Origin: Candidatus Kuenenia stuttgartensis
GTDB taxonomy: Bacteria > Planctomycetota > Brocadiia > Brocadiales > Brocadiaceae
Direction: 5' to 3'
DNA length: 32,000 nucleotides
NCBI RefSeq assembly: GCF_900232105.1
Contig: NZ_LT934425.1
Location: forward strand, 2,730,001-2,762,000
Each line of letters opens with the position of its first letter. Position 1 is the first letter of the stretch. The notes under the pieces were generated by a model. It worked only from the letters and a program-made list of their open reading frames with translations, ran no database searches and was not told the DNA's origin. This document shows positions 25,328-32,000 of the stretch, piece after piece. The translations under genes and the position numbers were made by a program.

Positions 25328-26797
25328 TCAATTATCACTCATTGCTAAATAACTATCTTCTTCTTTCATTTTAACGCGTTCATAAGGTGTCTTATTCACC
25401 TGATTGATAAAGGCAGCAGCGGCTTTTTGCATCTGATCAACAACACTGCGCGCCTTGCGTGAAAGAAAGGCATGCAGCAGCAATGACGGAATTGCCACAA
25501 TCAAGCCAAATTTGGTGGTAATCAGAGCCTCTGAAATACCGCCGGAAAGGGTTTTAACGTCTCCCGAACCAAATACGGTAATCAGTTTAAAGGTGTTTAT
25601 AATGCCGGTTACCGTCCCCAACAGTCCAAGCAAAGGAGCTGAAGATGCACTGATGGCAATGAATGGCAACAGGCTCTGAAGTTTCAGGCGTGTGGCAAGT
25701 ATCGTTTCGTACATGACCTCTTCAATCAGTTCGCTTTTTTCTTTAACATGTTCAACTCCGGCTGAGAGCATTTTGCCGACAGGCCCTTTGATGGCTTCAG
25801 CCGCCTGCATGGCTGCGTTTTTATCGTGCCTCGCAATGGCGTTGATAAATACACCTATATCTTTTGAAGGCGGATTGCGTAAAAAGGCTAAACCAATGAA
25901 TTTGTAAATTGCCATTAAAAGCGCAGCCCCCGCCAGTGCAAAAATGGGAACCATGACCACCCCTCCCTTGCGTATATGCTCCCAAAATGTTTCTTTGGTA
26001 GCTTCAATTTTGTGAGCATTGCCAAGTGTCGGATCGATCGGAAAATATCCACGGGAATTTGATACAACCTGTGCCGCCGCAACGGCGTCGCTGTTACTTG
26101 CAAAGCCGATAATTGAGGGTTCAAGCGAGCCGAGGCGCTGTTCCGCAGTGCCTACATTATTTCCATCTTTTGAGCGAAAAATCGCAACCGGCCCGACGAG
26201 AGCAAAATCACCGTGTCTTACCAATCCGTCGGTATCAACCGCCTCGCCTTCAAAACATAAACCGCCAAGCGCATCTTCGAGACGTGTTATAGATACAGAA
26301 ACTAATGCCGCCTGCGCCTTAAATACCTCATCTTTGGAGAGATTGTTGTTTTCGGCAGCAAGCCTGGCTTTTTCAATTATTTCCCCATAGCGCTGGATTT
26401 CTGCGATGTGCAGCCTTGTTTCAAAATTTCTTACGTATTCTCCCATCAGGTTGGAAAGATACGTAGCCTCCTCATGGCGCGATTTAATTTCATTTCTCAG
26501 GTTGCTAAGGTCAAGCGTATGGCTGTCAAGCATACGTGAAGTCTTTTGATAATCCATACGTACCCGGACGAGTTCACTTTCAAGGTCGTTAAGCTTGCGG
26601 TTAAGCGGGATTTTTTCATCTGCTATCAATTCACGTAGGGCGCTGAGTTCCGCCAGGCCTTCCTCAAGCTGCCCCTGCACCATTACTTCAGCACGGGCAA
26701 AGGAGCCTTCAACATTCTTTTGCTTATCATCAGCAAATGCATACCCCCAAAAAATAGTAAGCAGCATTACAATACCGATACAATTAATTGTCTTCAT
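25328..26797 (-). CDS. Long MotA/TolQ/ExbB-family protein with an N-terminal periplasmic coiled-coil extension (TtpC-like)
   Basis: 489 aa. Signal or anchor MLLTIFWGYAFA, then ~280 aa of coiled-coil/soluble region. The C-terminal MotA_ExbB signature is LLGLLGTVTGIINTF...GISEALITTKFGLIVAIPSLL. Confidence 0.85.
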   Translation of the reverse strand: MKTINCIGIVMLLTIFWGYAFADDKQKNVEGSFARAEVMVQGQLEEGLAELSALRELIADEKIPLNRKLNDLESELVRVRMDYQKTSRMLDSHTLDLSNLRNEIKSRHEEATYLSNLMGEYVRNFETRLHIAEIQRYGEIIEKARLAAENNNLSKDEVFKAQAALVSVSITRLEDALGGLCFEGEAVDTDGLVRHGDFALVGPVAIFRSKDGNNVGTAEQRLGSLEPSIIGFASNSDAVAAAQVVSNSRGYFPIDPTLGNAHKIEATKETFWEHIRKGGVVMVPIFALAGAALLMAIYKFIGLAFLRNPPSKDIGVFINAIARHDKNAAMQAAEAIKGPVGKMLSAGVEHVKEKSELIEEVMYETILATRLKLQSLLPFIAISASSAPLLGLLGTVTGIINTFKLITVFGSGDVKTLSGGISEALITTKFGLIVAIPSLLLHAFLSRKARSVVDQMQKAAAAFINQVNKTPYERVKMKEEDSYLAMSDN

Positions 26798-26814
26798 AAT
26801 ACCCTCATTTCCGT

Positions 26815-27657
26815 TTATTGAATTTCTATTGGCAATTGCACAAATGCCGCTGCGGTTTCATTTTTCAAAATTGCTATCGCTTTGGCAATAGCAGCGGCAT
26901 GTTCATTGGCAGGCCTCCAAATCCAGCCGTCTTGTGAAGCAATCCCTAATCCTGCCTTGTCGCAATTACCGTTAACAAAATATGATTGGCCTATTCCAAT
27001 ATAAAGAGATGTCGCTTCAACATGGTTTCCGTCCGGCAGACCATGCACTTCACTTACAACGGATATCTCTCCGTTAAATTTATTTACTTCGTTTAGTATT
27101 CCTATGATATTCTGAAATCGTTCTCCCAAAGATAGTTTTGTATCTTCCTGGTTTTCTGAAAGCCTCTGGCTGAGCGGTTTCACACGTCCTCTAATAGGGT
27201 CGGGCAGTTTTTTCAAGAGTTCCTTTGTTCTGGTTTCAAGTTCTATCACGGTAGCGCTTAAAGTTGTAGATGCTTTTTTAAGTTTTTCATTTTCTTCAAA
27301 CATTTCCGCCCTCTTTTTATCCGCTTCCGTTATACTTGCTTCGATCTCACTGTTTTTTTTACGCACGGTCTCAATTTCGCGTCCCAGCAGTTCTATCCGC
27401 TCAGAAAGCATTTCCTTCGCAAGCTCAAATTCCAGTTTCTCTTTTGAAATAATGCGACGGGTTTCAACCCATTTTTCAAGGGCTGCCCGTGCGCTATCCA
27501 CACTGCCGTTAGCCGTTTCGAATGGTATTGTTATAAAGGCAAACATGAAAAAAGCAATGAGCAGCAATGCGACTGTGGGTGGCCGGCAACGCATTTTCAC
27601 TAATACACCGCCAATGGTTTTTATTCTCCGGCATTTATATATTTTTTTGTTTTTCAT
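26815..27657 (-). CDS. DUF3450-like coiled-coil periplasmic protein (TtpB-like)
   Basis: 280 aa. TM or signal segment, long coiled coil, then a C-terminal pattern SLGERFQNIIGILNEVNKFNGEISVV...LYIGIGQSYFVN...GWIWRP...AIAKAIAILK...LPIEI that I recognise from DUF3450 proteins encoded upstream of long ExbB paralogs. Confidence 0.7.
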   Translation of the reverse strand: MKNKKIYKCRRIKTIGGVLVKMRCRPPTVALLLIAFFMFAFITIPFETANGSVDSARAALEKWVETRRIISKEKLEFELAKEMLSERIELLGREIETVRKKNSEIEASITEADKKRAEMFEENEKLKKASTTLSATVIELETRTKELLKKLPDPIRGRVKPLSQRLSENQEDTKLSLGERFQNIIGILNEVNKFNGEISVVSEVHGLPDGNHVEATSLYIGIGQSYFVNGNCDKAGLGIASQDGWIWRPANEHAAAIAKAIAILKNETAAAFVQLPIEIQ

Positions 27658-27743
27658 AATTTATTCGTCCTCTTTTAATAAAATACTGGTATTTTTGTAA
27701 TTTTTTAAGCAAACAAACATTGCCATTTCCATGCATTTAATGT

Positions 27744-27766
27744 AGAGACGCATGCAGTGCGTCTCT
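27744..27766. repeat. Perfect 9-bp hairpin (AGAGACGCA-TGCAG-TGCGTCTCT), 15 nt downstream of the receptor gene stop
   Basis: Read directly. It belongs to the GTAGAGAC...GTCTCTAC hairpin family (compare 2299-2327). No U-tract follows on the minus strand, so it is not a canonical intrinsic terminator. Confidence 0.55.
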
Positions 27767-27780
27767 GCTAAAATAATGTC

Positions 27781-30700
27781 TTACCATGTACCGCTTATAT
27801 AAATTGAAAAATCTATCCCCTTCGTATAGGAGGTTCTGACCTCGTCATTTCCTAAATAACCCGGCGGCCTATATACCTCTTCAATTTCAGGGTTAAGCAG
27901 GTTTTTCGCCTTAAACGTTATGTTAAAGTGTTTCCCGATATTTTTTGAAGCGCTGAAATTAAGCGTGCCGTATTCCGTTGCATAGACGTCCGGCACATAG
28001 TTTCCGTTTACATTTCCCGCACCGGCCACCAGCGTATCTCCTTTCACCGTATAAAAAAGCCCTATTTGCGTACCAATGCGTTCAATATCATACATTGTGT
28101 AAATATTGTACAGATATTCAGGCGCATTCATCATATTGCGGCTGGTCGTTTCCACCCCGGCATCGGCAAGCCGTGTTCGTTCGCTCTCAGGAAGCGTCAC
28201 TTCCGAGTCAATAAACGTTGCGTTGCCTCCTATCGAAATACCCTTCAGCACATCCCAGAAATAGCCCAGATGCTGTCGTGTCTCTACTTCAAAACCGGTC
28301 AATTTCCCTTCAGGAAAATTCAGCGGGGTCGTAAATGAAAAAGCGTTCACCAGATCCTGCACGTATTCAATGGGGTCTTCTATGTCTTTATGGAACCAGG
28401 AGACTGATACCAAGCCGCCATTATAGGGAGTATAGTCGAGCCGCAGGTCGTAATTTTTTAGTGCACTCATTTGCAGTGCATTATTTCCGATAAAAACATC
28501 GTCACCCAGAAATTCCTGCTGTTGAATCGGAGTAAGTTCCTTAAAAGTCGGACGCGCCACGGTTTCACTAAATGAACCGCGCAATGTGATCTTGCTAAAG
28601 GGTCTCAATACAAATCCGAGTGAAGGCAACACATCATCCTGACAATACGCGACGTCCGCATCTCCAGGAAGCAGGTCAACGTATAGACGATTCCCGTTTT
28701 CATCGGTAGTAACCCATTTAGCGTCTTTTTCAGGGTCATTTATTACGTTCAGTTTCGTTGTTTCATAGCGTGCTCCGCCAATCACATTGAGGAATGAGCA
28801 GAGGGGTAAGTCCGCCATGTAGTACCATGCCGAAATCTTCTGTTCTCCCTCGTAGTCGACATCAACAAAGGGAGGGCCGTCTTTCATTGTAGGGCCGCCC
28901 AAGTCAAGGAATTCGTCGCTATAAGAATAGTCATCCCATGATCCTTCATACGTTGGAATAGCGCTATCCCCCGTTAGCCGGTAATTGCCATATGAATCCT
29001 GATCATACTTACGATCTACCTTATCCGTGAAAAGCCCTAATTTCACATATCCTTTATCTCCGCTCCATTGCTCAAAAGGGAATTTCAGATTTAAAAAATA
29101 CTGGTTACTTTTTTCTGAAATATCGGTCCATGTCCGTGATGCATTTCCCAGCAGGAAGTTTGCAGCAGGCGTGTATGGGCCATAATAAGCGGGTTTGTAT
29201 TCCGGATCGATTCCATAAACCGGAGACCCTTCATCATACGATTCTGCATACCATGCAGAACCAAATTGCCGTTTGTCAGGTTCATTAAGACCTGAAAAAC
29301 TCATGGCAACTGTCCAGTCGATTTTAGGAGAGAGTATTGTAAAGAAATCATTAATGCCCGCTTCAGAGAACGGCACGGTATGATCTCCTGTAAATTGTAG
29401 TGTATCGGTCTCCCTTTCCGTATATTTTAACGTTTCAGTTCTGAGGTAGGGGGCTGCAAACCTATTGTCCGGGTCATTCCCCAGCCCTTTCGGGTCGTTT
29501 GGGTCATATCCGGGGAAATAGTATGCCTTGCCCCTGGTATCTTCAGCAAGAATCGACTTGTCCTCCGTAACCTGGGTATGCATATGAAGCGCTTGCAGCG
29601 AATGGTTTTTTATTTCCATCCCAATTGCGCTTAAAACACCCCATTGCACTTCTTCAGATGACTCCGTGACATCAAATAGAGAGGTTTTAAAATCTTCTCC
29701 AACAGCGGGTATGGGTGGATCGGGTGGGGAGTCGGGGTTTCCATACTGCGGAGTCAGCCCATCGCCCCTGTATTTGCTGTCAACCCACAAAGCATCATCG
29801 ATACCATTGTCGAAATGCGAACTGTCCTTCTTATAATAGGAACTGACAAGCCCCCCTACGCTGATGCCCTTCCCCAATTCAATTCTTCCCCCGGCGGCCA
29901 TCGACATTGAATAATCAATTGGCGCTTCGTCTCCGATAACTCCCATTGAACCGGTAAATACACCGTCCGAAGGGATATCCCTGCTTTTCTTGTCTATCCC
30001 CCAGAAATTCACTCCTCCACCCTTGTAGGTGAGGAAATTATCGTTACCTGCCGCCTGCGTGTTATATTCATATCCAGTTTTAAATCTGATTACATTTTTA
30101 TCAGGAATACCTTTCAGCACCACATTCACAGCGCCACCGGATGCATCGCCCTGTTGATCCGGTGTAAATGTTTTGCTTACCTGAATGCTTTCTATTACTT
30201 CCGTAGGAAATTGGTCCAACTGTACGGCACGTTTATCCGGGTCCGCGGTAGGCAGCCGCACGCCGTTCATTTGTGAACTGACATATCTGTCCGGCAGCCC
30301 TCGCACGACAGCAAATTTGCCGTCTTGCACCGTAGCGCCCGATACAAGACTCAATGCACTTGCCGCATCAGTCACTCCTGCCTGACGTAGCCATTCTGAA
30401 CTAATGGAATCCAGAAGTGCCGGGCTTTCAGCACGAAGCTCCATAAGGCCCGCCTCTGTATCTCCTGTACGAATATCCTCAACAATAAACTCTTCCATAT
30501 CCGTAAACTCTCCCGACAATGAAACTTCAACTTCCGTCATCTTCCCTGGAGAAACCACCACATTTGCCTGCACCTGACGGGTATAACCGCTTTTCGAAAA
30601 GATAAGCGTATAGCTGCCTGGAGCTACATGGTCAAACAAATATATTCCTTCGTCTGTAGCAATTATCTTATCTCCCGTTTCTGCAATAGTAACCTGTACA

Positions 30701-30831
30701 GTAGCCAATGGCGCATCAAACTCCTTGTCATACACAATCCCACGAATTGAGCCTTTCTGTTGAGCGAAAGCAACACCTGCAAATAATAATGACAAGATGA
30801 TGCTTAAACAGCCACTCCGTTTATTCGTCAT
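27781..30831 (-). CDS. TonB-dependent outer-membrane receptor with an N-terminal carboxypeptidase-regulatory-like domain (Oar-like)
   Basis: 1016 aa. Signal peptide LSIILSLLFAGVAFAQQ. CarboxypepD_reg-like domain GSIRGIVYD...APGSYTLIFSKSGYT. TonB-box-like EEFIVED. Plug region (VQDGKFAVVRGLPDRY), a long beta-barrel, and an aromatic C-terminus ...YISGTW. Confidence 0.9.
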   Translation of the reverse strand: MTNKRSGCLSIILSLLFAGVAFAQQKGSIRGIVYDKEFDAPLATVQVTIAETGDKIIATDEGIYLFDHVAPGSYTLIFSKSGYTRQVQANVVVSPGKMTEVEVSLSGEFTDMEEFIVEDIRTGDTEAGLMELRAESPALLDSISSEWLRQAGVTDAASALSLVSGATVQDGKFAVVRGLPDRYVSSQMNGVRLPTADPDKRAVQLDQFPTEVIESIQVSKTFTPDQQGDASGGAVNVVLKGIPDKNVIRFKTGYEYNTQAAGNDNFLTYKGGGVNFWGIDKKSRDIPSDGVFTGSMGVIGDEAPIDYSMSMAAGGRIELGKGISVGGLVSSYYKKDSSHFDNGIDDALWVDSKYRGDGLTPQYGNPDSPPDPPIPAVGEDFKTSLFDVTESSEEVQWGVLSAIGMEIKNHSLQALHMHTQVTEDKSILAEDTRGKAYYFPGYDPNDPKGLGNDPDNRFAAPYLRTETLKYTERETDTLQFTGDHTVPFSEAGINDFFTILSPKIDWTVAMSFSGLNEPDKRQFGSAWYAESYDEGSPVYGIDPEYKPAYYGPYTPAANFLLGNASRTWTDISEKSNQYFLNLKFPFEQWSGDKGYVKLGLFTDKVDRKYDQDSYGNYRLTGDSAIPTYEGSWDDYSYSDEFLDLGGPTMKDGPPFVDVDYEGEQKISAWYYMADLPLCSFLNVIGGARYETTKLNVINDPEKDAKWVTTDENGNRLYVDLLPGDADVAYCQDDVLPSLGFVLRPFSKITLRGSFSETVARPTFKELTPIQQQEFLGDDVFIGNNALQMSALKNYDLRLDYTPYNGGLVSVSWFHKDIEDPIEYVQDLVNAFSFTTPLNFPEGKLTGFEVETRQHLGYFWDVLKGISIGGNATFIDSEVTLPESERTRLADAGVETTSRNMMNAPEYLYNIYTMYDIERIGTQIGLFYTVKGDTLVAGAGNVNGNYVPDVYATEYGTLNFSASKNIGKHFNITFKAKNLLNPEIEEVYRPPGYLGNDEVRTSYTKGIDFSIYISGTW

Positions 30832-30880
30832 TTTTAAACAAATCTACCTTTTCTGCCAGAATTCAAACTAATCATTTTAT

Positions 30881-31245
30881 AGGAGCATTCCTGATTTTTT
30901 GTAACAGTTTAGATTTTTGGAAAAACAAAAATGCTCGTTCCCAAGCTCCGGCTTGGGAACGTAATTGCGTTGGGAGCTCTAGCTTCCATTTAGCAAGTAA
31001 GCGAAGCTTTGCGTATTATTCGGTTCAAAAGAGGTCTCCAAATATCTTGGGTAACATACTGAAAAGCCTCCAAGCTGACATCATGGGTTCATTCCCTTTT
31101 CCATTCGAAGCTGGAGCTTCTCAAACAATCCCGTTCCCAAATCGGAGCTTGGGAACGAGCGGTTTTTTTCATAGGACTAAAGTGTTACAATCTTTTGTAA
31201 AAAAACAAAATGTGTGAAGATATACAAAAAATCGGGAATGCACCC
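30881..31245. mobile_element. ~365-bp nested palindromic MITE-like element (family B ends)
   Basis: Four concentric IR layers: GGAGCATTCCTGATTTTTTGTAAC (30881-30904) / TACAAAAAATCGGGAATGCACC (31223-31244); GTAACAGTTTAG / CTAAAGTGTTAC; GCTCGTTCCCAAGC / GCTTGGGAACGAGC; GGAGCTCTAGCTTC / GAAGCTGGAGCTTC. The outer IR matches the inner IR of 18556-18798. Confidence 0.65.
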
Positions 31246-31306
31246 CATTTTATTTGCATAAGTACGTTTTATATTTATAGGGTTAAGAAATAATTTATTA
31301 TTTTAT

Positions 31307-31993
31307 TCACCAGGGATCGCCAAGTCCCTCTTTAATACCGCGTATTCTGCCCCACAATTCAACATCAGGCTCTACACCATGCAGCGCCATAGATAAACAG
31401 GCGGCAGATAAATCTTCTGCCCGTGGTCTGGAATTGGGATTTTCAACGCCTTCCTGAATCGCCATCGCATATATTTGAAGCGCTTCCTCTGTGTTACCCA
31501 TTGCCTGATACGCTTCGGCTAATGGCAGCAACGCTCCTGCCCGGTAGATAGTAATTATTTTTTCTTTCTGCAAATTATAAAAATTAAGGATATCGCCGGC
31601 ATCTGCCATTGCTTTTTGCCTGTCACCTGCCAAATAACGCAGCCTGGATACCCTGGACATAAGTGAAACATAATGTTCAGGCCGCCATTGTGCTGAATCA
31701 ATAATCGATTGCGTTTCATTTACCAATTCAAGCGTCTTCGGCTGGTCGGCATGGTCCAGCGCAAATCCTGCCAGTCCCATAAGTAGATCAATGCGCTTAA
31801 ATACCGGAAGTACTTCCCATGATGCTTTAAGCTTCTCTTCCGCCAGCATACGCCACCCCTTGTTTTCATAAAATCTGTTAAATAATTTAGCGCAAGCCTC
31901 CAATGCATTTACGATTGCGTCATAATTTCCAGATTCAATCCATGCATCCAGCGCATCCATTTGTTTCTCAAAATGATCTTCACTGGCAATCAT
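31307..31993 (-). CDS. Hypothetical helical-repeat (TPR-like) protein, possibly 5'-partial at the window edge
   Basis: 228-aa ORF from ATG 31993. The frame stays open for the 7 nt to the window end, so the true start may lie outside. It has repeated A..Y..A......A helix-pair patterns. No family recognised. Confidence 0.55.
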   Translation of the reverse strand: MIASEDHFEKQMDALDAWIESGNYDAIVNALEACAKLFNRFYENKGWRMLAEEKLKASWEVLPVFKRIDLLMGLAGFALDHADQPKTLELVNETQSIIDSAQWRPEHYVSLMSRVSRLRYLAGDRQKAMADAGDILNFYNLQKEKIITIYRAGALLPLAEAYQAMGNTEEALQIYAMAIQEGVENPNSRPRAEDLSAACLSMALHGVEPDVELWGRIRGIKEGLGDPW

Positions 31994-32000
31994 CGCCCGA

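Noticed and set aside
25312-25338. GTG 25338 as the exbB start
   Set aside because: It lies inside the last codons of the upstream gene. ATG 25311 has an AAAGG SD at good spacing. The longer form cannot be excluded.
1-32000. CRISPR arrays, tRNA/tmRNA/rRNA genes, and integrase or att sites at the island borders
   Set aside because: I looked for regularly spaced direct repeats and for cloverleaf-like GC-rich segments and found none. The repeats present are palindromic, irregularly spaced and MITE-like. No tyrosine or serine recombinase motifs appear in any ORF.

Overview
Hand analysis only; no searches or folding programs were run. All family calls rest on motifs I could read in the translations, and all coordinates and identities come from manual alignment.

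Layout of this moderately AT-rich window from a diderm bacterium:
(1) 346-2049: glnS, a core gene.
(2) About 2.1-18.9 kb: a roughly 16.5-kb accessory, defence-type island bracketed by two same-orientation copies of a non-coding MITE-like element (2105-2520 and 18556-18798).
(3) 19-32 kb: core-like genes on the minus strand. These are an EAL-CBS-GGDEF protein, two small proteins, a seven-gene TonB2-type cluster (Oar-like TonB-dependent receptor, DUF3450-like, long MotA/ExbB-like, ExbB, ExbD, TonB, TPR protein) and a partial TPR-like gene.

Contents of the island:
- A small membrane-anchored hypothetical protein.
- An ORF-less group II intron ribozyme (3531-4225) that ends 16 nt before the start codon of a stand-alone caspase-like (C14) protease.
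- A translationally coupled 4-TM partner gene, split by an IS1634-family insertion. Precise excision restores a 260-aa ORF.
- A heavily rearranged EcoR124I-like Type I R-M locus: hsdR with an N-terminal frameshift, an ORF6N/PLD-like accessory gene, a dinD fragment, a truncated KilA-N gene, a G+C-rich 518-aa gene of unknown function on a candidate insertion, a remnant of a second hsdR 3' end, intact dinD, intact hsdS, and hsdM with an in-frame TAA.

A short motif, ATGAAYCAC(GGAA), sits at essentially every gene junction and truncation point of this locus.

Most interesting candidates:
- The intron / caspase-like protease / membrane-protein module.
- The junction motif.
- The 518-aa element.

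No CRISPR array, tRNA, rRNA or integrase was seen.
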